From an uncultured Candidatus Saccharibacteria bacterium (lineage in GTDB: Bacteria; Patescibacteriota; Minisyncoccia; Portnoybacterales; GWB1-42-6), in the NCBI GenBank assembly GCA_964362775.1, contig CAYIFS010000001.1, positions 6,828-48,489 of the forward strand: DNA of 41,662 bases, in the 5' to 3' direction. Positions 1-8,759 of this stretch are shown here, piece after piece. How positions within the stretch are numbered: the stretch's first letter is position 1; each line of letters starts with the position of its first letter. A model generated the notes under the pieces. The model was not told the DNA's origin. It searched no databases and was given only the letters and a program-made list of their open reading frames with translations. The translations under genes and the position numbers were made by a program.

Positions 1-882
1 GTGGCTTATTATTTCAAGAAAAAAATAAAAAATATTCCTTCGGTCTGGGTAATGAACGATATGCCGACCAAAACCTGGTCTTTTCGACGGGATAGCCAGT
101 TTGATTCCAAGCTCAAGATATCTTTTATAAAAAGACTTTTTTATTGGTTAGTTGATAAATATGAAATCAAAAAATTTATAAAACCGCAGGATAAAATAAT
201 AGTTTTGGACAATCGCGACAGGGAATGGGTCAGGGAATATTTCAAAAAAGAAGCGATTGTTGTTAGAAGCGGCTTAGATTTAGAGAGGTTTAATTTTAAA
301 GAGCGGGAATCGTTAACAAATAAAAAGGTTGAAATACTAATGGCCGGAATTTTTTTTCGGCACCGGCGGTTTGAAGACGGAATTATGGCGATGAAAATCC
401 TTAAAGAAAAAAATTACGATGTTAATTTATCAATTGTCGGTGATTATAATATTAATAAAGATTATTTTAAAGAATTAGTCTATTTAGCCAAAAAATCAGG
501 AATGGAAGATTCAGTTGATTTTGCCGGTCGAGTCTCCGATGAAAAACTTTTAAATTTTTATCAACAAAGCGATATTTTTTTATTTCCCAATCATTGGCAA
601 TCATGGGGTTTGGTGGTTTTTGAAGCGATGGCTTGTGGTTTGCCGTCAATTGTTTCCAAGACCGCCGGAGCCAGCGAGGTTTTGACCGACGGCGAAAACG
701 CTTTATTGGTCGAGCCATTCAAGCCGGAAGATATAATTACGGCTGTCGCCAAACTTATAGATAACCCCGATTTATATGTTAAAATCAGCCGCCAGGGCAG
801 GGAACTCGTGGAAAAAAGCATTTCCTGGCCCCTTATGGCGCAAAAGGTATCGGCAATTTTCAAGGAAACGCTTAAAGATTAA
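1..882 (+). CDS. Glycosyltransferase, GT4-like GT-B family (5' end cut by the window edge)
   Basis: The ORF is open to the window start. The C-terminal GT-B half carries a GT4-type donor-binding stretch, FPNHWQSWGLVVFEAMACGLPSIVSKTAGASEVLTDGENALLV. Confidence 0.8.
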   Translation: MAYYFKKKIKNIPSVWVMNDMPTKTWSFRRDSQFDSKLKISFIKRLFYWLVDKYEIKKFIKPQDKIIVLDNRDREWVREYFKKEAIVVRSGLDLERFNFKERESLTNKKVEILMAGIFFRHRRFEDGIMAMKILKEKNYDVNLSIVGDYNINKDYFKELVYLAKKSGMEDSVDFAGRVSDEKLLNFYQQSDIFLFPNHWQSWGLVVFEAMACGLPSIVSKTAGASEVLTDGENALLVEPFKPEDIITAVAKLIDNPDLYVKISRQGRELVEKSISWPLMAQKVSAIFKETLKD

Positions 883-943
883 AAGGGCGAGAAAATTATG
901 ATAGTTTAAGATAAAAATCAGGTTTTAATTTAATTTCAAAAAT

Positions 944-2824
944 ATGTGCGGGATTGTTGGTTTCGCGGGTGAAGGAAAAAGAGAAACATTGGAAAAAATG
1001 AATTCCACCTTGGTCTATCGGGGACCGGACGAAGATGGTTATTTTTTTATTGAGGGAGAATTGGGATTTGGCTTCCGGCGCCTGGCCATTATTGATTTGG
1101 CTGGCGGTAATCAGCCGCTTTTTAATGAAGACCAATCAATAGTTTCAATGCTGAACGGCGAAATTTATAATTTCAAAGAGTTGCGCCAAGATTTGGCCAA
1201 AAGGCATAAGCTTGTCACTCAAGGCGACACGGAAGTCATTCCCCATCTTTATGAGGAAATCGGTGAAAAACTTTTTGAAAAATTGAACGGGATGTTCGCT
1301 ATCGCGATTTTTGACCGGAAAAACAAGAAATTGATTTTGGCGCGGGATCGATTCGGCAAAAAGCCGCTTTTTTACGCGATTTTAAATCAGACTTTGATTT
1401 TCGCTTCCGAGCCTAAGGCGATTTTGGAATATCCCGGGATTAAAAGGGAACTTAATCCGCAGGCCTTAAATTTATATCTAATTCATGAATACGTGCCTTG
1501 CCCTTGGTCGATTTTTAGAGGAATTAAAAAGATTGAGCCAGGCAGTTTTTTAGTTTTTCAAAACGGCCGGATTCAAAAGGATCGGCGTTATTATGAAATT
1601 GAATTTAATCGGCGGGATTTGGAAGTAAAATTTCAAGATCCGGTCAAAGAATTGGATCGACGCTTGGAAGAAGCGGTGCAAAAAAGATTAGTGGCGGATG
1701 TGCCGCTGGGCCTTTTTTTATCTGGCGGCCTTGATTCCAGCACGGTTTGTTATTTTGCCCAGCGTCTGCAAGATCAAAAAATAAAGACTTTTTCTGTCGG
1801 TTTCAAAGACCAATCGTTTGATGAATCAAAATACGCGCGGCAAGTCGCTGAGGTTTTAAAATCGGAACATCACGAGAAAATTCTGGAGGCCGAGGACCTT
1901 TATTCTTTGGCGCCCCAGATCTTTAAAATGTTGGATGAACCGTTGGCTGACGCCGCCATTATTCCGAATTTCTTGCTGGCGCGCTTCGCGCGCCAGTCCG
2001 TAACCGTAGCGCTGGGGGGCGACGGGGGAGATGAAATTTTTATGGGCTACCCCACTTTTCAAGCCCACCGGCTTTTTGATTTTTATCGGTTCGCGCCGGA
2101 TTTTTTAAAAAACAATTTAGTTGAACCGATTATCAATCATCTGCCCGCTTCTTTTGCCAATATTACTTTTGATTATAAGCTTAAGCGTTTTATTCTGGGC
2201 TTAAAATATGGGCCGGAGAGGCGCGATTCAATTTGGATCGGTTCTTTCACGCCGGAAGAGAAGCAAAAACTTTTGACGCCGGAAATTTTGAAAGAAACGG
2301 AAGGCTTTAATGACTTTTCCGTGGTTGACCGTTATATGGGTGAAGTAGCCCATCGGCCGTTTCTGGAAAAAATAGCCTATCTATATCAAAAAACTTATAT
2401 GACTGACGATATTTTGGCGCTTAAGGATCGGGCGAGCATGTTCGTTTCGCTGGAATTGCGCGCGCCCTTGCTTGATGTGAATGTGGTTGATTTCGTGAAT
2501 TCTCTGCCTCAAAATTTAAAACTCCGCGGCTTTAAAACCAAATATTTATTAAAAGAACTGATGCGGGGCCGTTTGCCGCAAAATATCATTGACCGTTCCA
2601 AAAAAGGATTTGGTATTCCGGTCGCTCGTTGGCTTCGAGGAGAATTAAAGAGTTTGATGCTTGAGGTTTTGGATTCCAAAAAGTTGGCCGGGGAAGGAAT
2701 TTTTCAGCCTAAAACCGTGGAACTTTTAATTTCCGAGCATCTTTCCGGCAAAAAAGACAATCGTAAGCTTTTGTGGACCTTAATGGCTTTTGAACTTTGG
2801 CGAAAAAATTGGCTGAAGAATTGA
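944..2824 (+). CDS. asnB: Asparagine synthetase B-family glutamine amidotransferase. In this context it is likely a sugar amidotransferase (WbpS/PseA-like role) rather than housekeeping AsnB.
   Basis: 626-aa ORF. It has N-terminal MCGIVGF (Cys2 Ntn-glutaminase nucleophile), FGFRRLAIID, and the synthetase-domain PP-loop FLSGGLDSS. It is embedded in the glycan cluster. Confidence 0.85.
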   Translation: MCGIVGFAGEGKRETLEKMNSTLVYRGPDEDGYFFIEGELGFGFRRLAIIDLAGGNQPLFNEDQSIVSMLNGEIYNFKELRQDLAKRHKLVTQGDTEVIPHLYEEIGEKLFEKLNGMFAIAIFDRKNKKLILARDRFGKKPLFYAILNQTLIFASEPKAILEYPGIKRELNPQALNLYLIHEYVPCPWSIFRGIKKIEPGSFLVFQNGRIQKDRRYYEIEFNRRDLEVKFQDPVKELDRRLEEAVQKRLVADVPLGLFLSGGLDSSTVCYFAQRLQDQKIKTFSVGFKDQSFDESKYARQVAEVLKSEHHEKILEAEDLYSLAPQIFKMLDEPLADAAIIPNFLLARFARQSVTVALGGDGGDEIFMGYPTFQAHRLFDFYRFAPDFLKNNLVEPIINHLPASFANITFDYKLKRFILGLKYGPERRDSIWIGSFTPEEKQKLLTPEILKETEGFNDFSVVDRYMGEVAHRPFLEKIAYLYQKTYMTDDILALKDRASMFVSLELRAPLLDVNVVDFVNSLPQNLKLRGFKTKYLLKELMRGRLPQNIIDRSKKGFGIPVARWLRGELKSLMLEVLDSKKLAGEGIFQPKTVELLISEHLSGKKDNRKLLWTLMAFELWRKNWLKN

Positions 2825-2872
2825 TTATTTAATATCAGATGGGATACAATCACAATAATCAGGAAAAATGTT

Positions 2873-4288
2873 ATGAATATTCTATTGTTTACGCCTTCCT
2901 ACAGCTTAATGAAAAAAGGATACGGCTCCAAAAGAAAATTGCGGGCCGGGCTTTTTCCGCCGCTCGGTTTGGCCTATTTGGCCAGTCCTCTGATCAAAGA
3001 CGGGCATGATGTCAGAATCATTGACGCTTCTTCTTATGAATATTCAGACGAACAGATTTGGGACATGGTCCAGCAATTTAAGCCGGATATTTTTGGCATT
3101 TCTTCCGTTACCTCTTCGGCCGACGAATCTTACGCTTTGGCTAATTTTTTGAAATCAAAACTTCCCAAGAAACCAATCATTTACGGCGGGCCTCATGCCA
3201 ATTGTTTTCCCGAATTGGTTTTTGAGAACATTAAAGATCTGGATATGTTGGTCTATGGCGAAGGGGAAGTCACTTTCAAAAAAATTGTTGATTTTTATAA
3301 AGAAAACGGTCGTTTGCCCGAAGATTTACCCGGCACCTGTTTGAAAACAAACGGCCAGATATTCAAAAATGTTCCGGCCAAGCCCGTCTTGAAATTGGAC
3401 GATATTTTGCCGCCCGCCTATCAATTATTTGATTACCAAGGAATTTATCGGCCCTTGCCCCTCCAATATAAAAAACTGCCCGTGGCCAATATGATTACTT
3501 CCCGAGGTTGCCCTTACGGCAAATGCACTTTTTGTTTTGAATCGGGCCGGGCTTCTCAAATTTATCGCCGGCAGAGTCCCGAACGGACCGTGGAAGAAAT
3601 TAAAATGTTGGTCAAGGATTTAAGTGTCAAGGAAATCGCTTTTTGGGATGATAATTTTTTGATCAGCGAAGATTGGATTTTTAAGTTTTGCGATCTGTTA
3701 GACAGTGAAGGCATTAAGATTCCTTGGAGTGCCAACGCTCGGGTGGATACCATCAGTGAAAAAATGTTGGAACGGGCGGCCAAATCCGGCCTCTGGAATA
3801 TTTTTTATGGTCTGGAAACCGGCAATCAGGATCTGCTGGATCGGATAAAAAAACGCATCACTTTGGAGAAAGGCCGCCAAGCTTTGGCCTGGACCAATAA
3901 ATACGGCATTGATAGCCGCGGATCTTTCATGTTGGCTTTGCCCGGCGAGACGCCGAAAAAAGGCCGGAATACCATAAAATTTGCCTGCGAGGTTGGTGTC
4001 ACTTACGCCCAGTTTTTGCCGACTCATCCGGAATGGGGCACCGAGCTTTATGATGACGCGATGGCTTCGGGTAGGCTCATTCCTCTCTATAAAGGAAGAA
4101 CTTCGGTAACTTTTATTCCCGAAGGCTATAAAGACGCTAGCGCCGTGAGAAAGATGCAACAGAAAGCTTACTGGATTTTTTATCTGCGACCCGGCTACAT
4201 TTGGAAACACATCAAGCGTTTGAGAAATTGGGAGAACTTAAAACAGTATTTTGACGCGGCCACTTATATTATTGGCATAACAACTTAA
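2873..4288 (+). CDS. B12-binding-domain radical SAM enzyme (class B radical SAM, possible C-/O-methylase)
   Basis: An N-terminal Rossmann-like cobalamin-binding-type region (DVRIIDAS...PDIFGISSVTSS...IIYGGPHA) is followed by the Fe-S cluster loop ITSRGCPYGKCTFC. Its spacing is Cx4Cx2C rather than the canonical Cx3Cx2C. Confidence 0.75.
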   Translation: MNILLFTPSYSLMKKGYGSKRKLRAGLFPPLGLAYLASPLIKDGHDVRIIDASSYEYSDEQIWDMVQQFKPDIFGISSVTSSADESYALANFLKSKLPKKPIIYGGPHANCFPELVFENIKDLDMLVYGEGEVTFKKIVDFYKENGRLPEDLPGTCLKTNGQIFKNVPAKPVLKLDDILPPAYQLFDYQGIYRPLPLQYKKLPVANMITSRGCPYGKCTFCFESGRASQIYRRQSPERTVEEIKMLVKDLSVKEIAFWDDNFLISEDWIFKFCDLLDSEGIKIPWSANARVDTISEKMLERAAKSGLWNIFYGLETGNQDLLDRIKKRITLEKGRQALAWTNKYGIDSRGSFMLALPGETPKKGRNTIKFACEVGVTYAQFLPTHPEWGTELYDDAMASGRLIPLYKGRTSVTFIPEGYKDASAVRKMQQKAYWIFYLRPGYIWKHIKRLRNWENLKQYFDAATYIIGITT

Positions 4289-4299
4289 AGATAAAAAAT

Positions 4300-4866
4300 A
4301 TGAAAAAAATTAATTTTGGCTGCGGCCAATATAAAAAAGAAGGGTTTATTAATATTGATATCAGCCCGGCGACCTATCCTGATATTTTGCACGACTTGGA
4401 AAAAATTCCTTATCCTTTTGAGGATGAAAGCATTGATCTGGTTGAAGCGGATCATGTTTTGGAGCATTTGAACAATCCTCTTTCGGTCATGAAAGAAATT
4501 TGGCGCATTCTAAAGCCCGGTGGCCGAGCGACCATTAAAGTGCCGCATTTTAGCCGGGGATTCAGCCACGCCGACCACAAGCGGGGATTTGATCTGGGTT
4601 TTCCTTATTATTTCAAGCCGGAATTTAAGGGTGGTTATACGGGCGCGCCTTTTGAATTGGAAAAACAACGGATTCGTTGGTTTTCTCAATTAGCCTTGAA
4701 AAAAGCGACTCTTCCGGCCGCGTTTTATTATCCGGCTTGGGTGGCGGGCAAAATATTCGATTTTTTGGCTAACCTCTCGCCTTTTTTCTGTTCGCGCGTT
4801 TGGTGTTTTTGGGTTGGCGGATTTGAAGAAATGGAATTCACTTTTGTCAAAAAATCACTGGAATAG
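4300..4866 (+). CDS. Class I SAM-dependent methyltransferase (Methyltransf_11-like)
   Basis: 188-aa ORF with INFGCGQYKKEGFINIDI (motif I-like), EADHVLEHL and ILKPGG. Confidence 0.7.
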   Translation: MKKINFGCGQYKKEGFINIDISPATYPDILHDLEKIPYPFEDESIDLVEADHVLEHLNNPLSVMKEIWRILKPGGRATIKVPHFSRGFSHADHKRGFDLGFPYYFKPEFKGGYTGAPFELEKQRIRWFSQLALKKATLPAAFYYPAWVAGKIFDFLANLSPFFCSRVWCFWVGGFEEMEFTFVKKSLE

Positions 4867-4883
4867 AGTTTTCGCGTTGGAAC

Positions 4884-4918
4884 AAAAAAACGCCCCCGCA
4901 GCTGCGGGGGCGTTTTTT
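4884..4918. terminator. Bidirectional Rho-independent terminator between convergent genes
   Basis: aaaaaaa-CGCCCCCGCAG/CTGCGGGGGCG-tttttt is a perfect 22-nt GC-rich palindrome. It is flanked by an A-run and a T-run between the + gene ending at 4866 and the - gene ending at 4927. Confidence 0.85.
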
Positions 4919-4926
4919 GAAACTTA

Positions 4927-6033
4927 TTATTTGTCCATCAAATATTTTTCAATAAATTCTTTTTCAAAAGCCGGCAGGCAAAAGGCGGTTTTGGAATAGA
5001 AAGGGTTTTTCAGCATTTTTTCAACAATTTGTTCCAGGCTCTCATTCTTTACGTTGCCGTAGATCACTTGGATTAAAGGACAAGAAACCACATCGCCGTA
5101 GGGCTGGACGCCGATTTTTTCCCGAGCCGCCGGGCAACGAACGGTTGTCAGGCTAGAATACATATCGGTTCGGACCGAGGAAAATTTCATCAGCCACCAA
5201 AAGTACTGTTTTTCTTTGTCGTTCATCAGAATCTCAATTCTGTTTTTCCAAGCGCCGGTGACGCAGGGAGGAGTGATTTGCAAATTGACCTTTTTGGTTT
5301 GGGCTAATTTAACTAGGGCTAGTAGGTCGTGATTTTTTATTTTTTCATGAGTGCTGATGGTGTTTAAAGTAACTCTTATTTTCAGGGGTCTGGCCCACTC
5401 AATTACTTGCATAATTTTTGTGTATCCGTTTTCTCGGCGATTATCATCGTGAATTTCGGGCAGAGCGCTATCCAATCCCATTTCCAACGAGCTTAAACCG
5501 GCTTCCGCCAGTTTTTTTAATGTTTCTTCGGTCATTAATAATCCGTTGCTGCACAGATGCACGTAGCATTTTTTTGATCGCAGATATTTTGTGATCTCTA
5601 AAACGTCGTTTAATTGCAAGAGTGGCTCGCCGCCTGTAAGGCAAAATTGGAAAGCGCCCATGGCCCGTGCCTGGTCAATAATATTTTTAAATTCCGCCAT
5701 TGTAAGGCGTTTTTTTGAGGGATCGTAAGCGAGGCGGCAGGAGCATTGATCGCATTTGGAATTGCAATTGTATTCCACCGCGATTTCCAGAGATCTTAAA
5801 CGCTGCTTGCCCATAAAAAATTTATCAAAATAATTCTTTAATATTTTGGGTATTAAATAAGGATTTTCGGCAATTATTTTCAGAGTCTGCCCGATTCGGT
5901 TAAAAGAGAATCTGAATTGGCAATATTTTCGATAGAAAGCGCTTTGAGTATATAGGGAAAAATTCTTTTCATATTTTTCTATTTCTCCCGGTTTGAAGAA
6001 ATCGGAAATTCGCTGAATTTTTTCAGTTTCCAT
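4927..6033 (-). CDS. Radical SAM protein with a Cys-rich (SPASM/twitch-like) C-terminal extension
   Basis: It has YNCNSKCDQCSC (CxxxCxxC), the GGEPLL SAM-binding motif, and extra C-terminal cysteines (PPCVTG, VRCPAA, VSCPL, FCLPA). About 85 aa of N-terminal extension precede the core. Confidence 0.75.
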   Translation of the reverse strand: METEKIQRISDFFKPGEIEKYEKNFSLYTQSAFYRKYCQFRFSFNRIGQTLKIIAENPYLIPKILKNYFDKFFMGKQRLRSLEIAVEYNCNSKCDQCSCRLAYDPSKKRLTMAEFKNIIDQARAMGAFQFCLTGGEPLLQLNDVLEITKYLRSKKCYVHLCSNGLLMTEETLKKLAEAGLSSLEMGLDSALPEIHDDNRRENGYTKIMQVIEWARPLKIRVTLNTISTHEKIKNHDLLALVKLAQTKKVNLQITPPCVTGAWKNRIEILMNDKEKQYFWWLMKFSSVRTDMYSSLTTVRCPAAREKIGVQPYGDVVSCPLIQVIYGNVKNESLEQIVEKMLKNPFYSKTAFCLPAFEKEFIEKYLMDK

Positions 6034-6045
6034 TTATGGTTTAAT

Positions 6046-6987
6046 TCAATTATTAATTATTTCTTTTTTTACGTAAGTCAAATTTGACGAGTCCTTGTGT
6101 TTGGAAGAGCGATAGACCAGTTCGGCGATCAATCCCATTAAAATCAATTGAAAACCGACAATGACGAAAGAAACGGTCAAAATCGGCAAAGGAGTTTGAA
6201 CGAACATCATACCAAGAAAAAATTTGTAATAAAGCATAATCAGAAAAATTAAAAAGCTCAAAATAAAACAGAATACTCCCGCGGCGCTGAAAAAATGAAG
6301 CACGCGGTTGTGATATTTTTCAAAAAAATAAAAAGCCAAAATATCCACCAAAACGTCAAAGATTCTTTTGGCGCCGTATTTGCTTTTGCCGAATCTCCGC
6401 GGTGTAAAATTGACGGGAATTTCGGCAATTTTGGCGCCTTGCCGCGCCATGTAAGCCAGAAGCAGGCGGTGCATATCACCCGAAAAAGAGATATTATCAA
6501 ACATTTCGCGCCGATAGGCCTTGAGCGTGCAGCCAAAATCATGAATTTTCACGCCGCCGGCGAAAGAGAGGAACTTATTGGCCATGATTGAAGGAAGGCG
6601 CCGCGAGAAGACGGCGCCGGCCCAGCGTTTTTTTCGCCAGCCCGAAACCACATCATAACCCTCGTTGAGTTTTTCCAAAAGCAGAGGAATGTCGTTGGGA
6701 TCGTTTTCCAGGTCTGCGTCAATAGTGATTAGAATATTGCCTTGGGCTTGGCGCACTCCCACCCCCAAAGCCACGGTTTGACCGAAGTTCCTCTTTAAAT
6801 GGATTATTTTGGCTGGCGTTAATTCTTCCAGAACTTGGGGCGTCCGGTCGCTTGACCCGTCATTCACAAAAATAATTTCAAAAGGCAAACCGGTCTTTTG
6901 AAGCGTCTCAACTAATCTCTCATGGAGCTCTTTTAGTGATTTTTCTTCATTGAATACTGGCAGGATTGCCGAGATAAAATTTTGCAT
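6046..6987 (-). CDS. GT2 polyprenyl-phosphate glycosyltransferase (GtrB/ArnC/DPM1-like)
   Basis: It has ISAILPVFNEEKSL, FVNDGSSDRT and DADLENDP motifs. Two hydrophobic C-terminal helices (FFSAAGVFCFILSFLIFLIMLYY, LPILTVSFVIVGFQLILMGLIAELVY) are typical of the GtrB family. Confidence 0.8.
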   Translation of the reverse strand: MQNFISAILPVFNEEKSLKELHERLVETLQKTGLPFEIIFVNDGSSDRTPQVLEELTPAKIIHLKRNFGQTVALGVGVRQAQGNILITIDADLENDPNDIPLLLEKLNEGYDVVSGWRKKRWAGAVFSRRLPSIMANKFLSFAGGVKIHDFGCTLKAYRREMFDNISFSGDMHRLLLAYMARQGAKIAEIPVNFTPRRFGKSKYGAKRIFDVLVDILAFYFFEKYHNRVLHFFSAAGVFCFILSFLIFLIMLYYKFFLGMMFVQTPLPILTVSFVIVGFQLILMGLIAELVYRSSKHKDSSNLTYVKKEIINN

Positions 6988-6997
6988 ACCCAGTATA

Positions 6998-7342
6998 TCA
7001 ACTTCCAGTGCCGAACCCCGTAGAGCTACTTTGTGATTCTACGGGGCCGAACGCCTTTTTATTTTGGCGTTTGTATTCCAGAAGTCGTAATCCTAAAAAT
7101 CTTCGACCTTGAGTGGTTTTTAAATAATTTTCACGGCGTTTGGCATCGTTCATATTTCTACATCCTTCAAAATAAATAAGTTGAAATGGCAATCTGTATG
7201 CCGTCGAAAAATTTAATCCTTTCTTGTGTTCTTCTAACCTTCTTTTGAGATTGTTGGTATAGCCTATGTAGTACTCCTGGTCTTTTAAACTTTTTAGGAC
7301 ATATACATAAAAGAACATACTGGAAGTTGTATTACTGGGCAT
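6998..7342 (-). CDS. GIY-YIG domain protein (small stand-alone nuclease-like ORF)
   Basis: FFYVYVLKSLKDQEYYIGYTNNLKRRLEEHKKG plus RRENYLKTTQGRRF is the GIY-YIG/UPF0213 pattern. An alternative start lies at the internal Met (7318). The low-complexity C-terminal tail is encoded by a hairpin-forming stretch at 7010-7052. Confidence 0.8.
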   Translation of the reverse strand: MPSNTTSSMFFYVYVLKSLKDQEYYIGYTNNLKRRLEEHKKGLNFSTAYRLPFQLIYFEGCRNMNDAKRRENYLKTTQGRRFLGLRLLEYKRQNKKAFGPVESQSSSTGFGTGS

Positions 7343-7348
7343 ATTTTC

Positions 7349-7377
7349 TTGTTTTTTTAGCTTTATTATAGTATATT
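7349..7377 (+). promoter_or_regulatory. Candidate sigma70-type promoter for the 7419 operon (TTGTTT-17-TATATT)
   Basis: The hexamers have 17-nt spacing and lie in the divergent intergenic region 7343-7418. The AT-rich background makes chance matches likely. Confidence 0.3.
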
Positions 7378-7418
7378 ATATAAGATCGCTTTTGGCAATT
7401 TAAACGGAAAATTTTATT

Positions 7419-8759
7419 ATGAAAACGTTTTTTATCACCAGCTTCCATCCCCATATTTCCCGTAATATTCTCTCCACGGATTTTTTGAAAATACTAAAAG
7501 CGCAGAACCAACTGCGTCTGATTATTATAGTCCCTGACTATAAAGTTGATTATTTCAGGGCGAATTTCGGCGCCGATAACGTGATTATTGAAGGTATTAC
7601 TCCTAACCTTACTTCAAAAACCAAAACCGGTGTTTTTTTTAAAAGGCTCGGTTTTTTCTTATTTGACACCAAGACCGCCCGCTCCAAAAAAAAATATGAA
7701 TATCTTTGCCGGGGGAAATATCTAATTTATGCCTTTTCCCAATTTATGGGTTTTTTGAGCCGGTCTTTTTCAATTAGAAAGATAGTTCGTTATCTGGATT
7801 ATTATTTTTCTCCCAAAAATTTATTCAACGAATTATTCAATAAATACAAACCGGAGGCGATTTTTTCTACCGATATCCAAAATGAGAATGATATTGGTTT
7901 GCTCCATGAAGCGAAACGTCGGAAGATGCTGATCTTGGGCATGTTGAGGTCTTGGGACAATACCACTCAGCGAATTTTGCGAATTTTACCAAATAAATTT
8001 TTTGTCGGTTCTCAAGCCTTGAAAGAAGAAGTTTCGCAATTGTATCGCTATCCAGAGAAAAAAATTATCATCACCGGCAATCCCCATTACGATCGCTATT
8101 TAAAGGGCCCTTCTGTTTCCAAAGAACAATTTTTTGCCAAATTTGGTCTTGATCCGACCCAAAAAATGATTCTTTACGCTCCGTTGGGAAATTATTTATT
8201 AAGGAATAATGATGTTGACCAATATATTATGGAAATATTAGGAAAGATTGATGCCCAGATTTTGGTGAGATTTCCTCCGGATGAGTCGGTAACTTTAAAA
8301 AACTTTATCAAACCGGCCAACATGGCTTACGATCAGCCCGGAGTGGTTTTCAATAGCGAGAGATTTGGTGACCGGGAAATAAGTTTGGATGACGATCAGC
8401 GATTAATTGACGCGATTAATTGGTGCGATTTAGCCATTACCGGTCCGACCAGCATTTGTCTTGATGCGGCTTTATTGGATAAACCCGTTATCGCGGTAAA
8501 TTTTTCTCCGGCGCCGAAAAATTTTTGTGAATCGATTTTCGGCTATCATTGCGACCACATTAAAAAACTATTGGGAAGCGGCGGCGTATTCTACGCGACC
8601 GATAAAAACGATTTTTTAAGAGTGATTGAAGAATATTTAAAAAATTCAGAAAAAGATAAAGAGGGAAGAGTTAAAATTAGGGCTCTTTGGTTCTCTCACG
8701 CCGATGGCCGGTCGGCCGAGCGTTTGGCTCGGGAAATCATCGGCGCCGTAAAATCATGA
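7419..8759 (+). CDS. TagB/TagF-like (CDP-glycerol glycerophosphotransferase-family-like) GT-B protein, paralog 1 of 4
   Basis: These motifs are shared with the other three paralogs and resemble the TagF-family GYPRxD, YAPT and DYSS..FD..LDKP blocks:
- MKTFFITSF N-terminus
- EAKRRKMLILGMLRSWDN
- ITGNPHYDRY
- ILYAP
- CDLAITGPTSICLDAALLDKPVIAVNF
- C-terminal DGRSAERLAREII. Confidence 0.55.
   Translation: MKTFFITSFHPHISRNILSTDFLKILKAQNQLRLIIIVPDYKVDYFRANFGADNVIIEGITPNLTSKTKTGVFFKRLGFFLFDTKTARSKKKYEYLCRGKYLIYAFSQFMGFLSRSFSIRKIVRYLDYYFSPKNLFNELFNKYKPEAIFSTDIQNENDIGLLHEAKRRKMLILGMLRSWDNTTQRILRILPNKFFVGSQALKEEVSQLYRYPEKKIIITGNPHYDRYLKGPSVSKEQFFAKFGLDPTQKMILYAPLGNYLLRNNDVDQYIMEILGKIDAQILVRFPPDESVTLKNFIKPANMAYDQPGVVFNSERFGDREISLDDDQRLIDAINWCDLAITGPTSICLDAALLDKPVIAVNFSPAPKNFCESIFGYHCDHIKKLLGSGGVFYATDKNDFLRVIEEYLKNSEKDKEGRVKIRALWFSHADGRSAERLAREIIGAVKS

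Noticed and set aside
4814-4999. A 61-aa ORF spans the 4884-4918 region.
   Set aside because: It runs through the bidirectional terminator palindrome and overlaps the 3' ends of both convergent genes.
944-6033. The AsnB-like, B12-radical SAM, SPASM radical SAM and methyltransferase genes could form a RiPP (lasso/sactipeptide-like) gene cluster.
   Set aside because: I found no plausible precursor-peptide ORF, protease or exporter nearby, and the genes are embedded among glycosyltransferases. I kept this only as an alternative inside the radical SAM finding.
8687-8755. The ORF track gives a 23-codon upstream extension of the second TagF-like gene (start 8687).
   Set aside because: The extension overlaps the end of the previous gene and encodes a basic low-complexity peptide. 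The internal ATG at 8756 gives the conserved MKT-I-I N-terminus shared by the paralogs and a typical ATGA coupling overlap.
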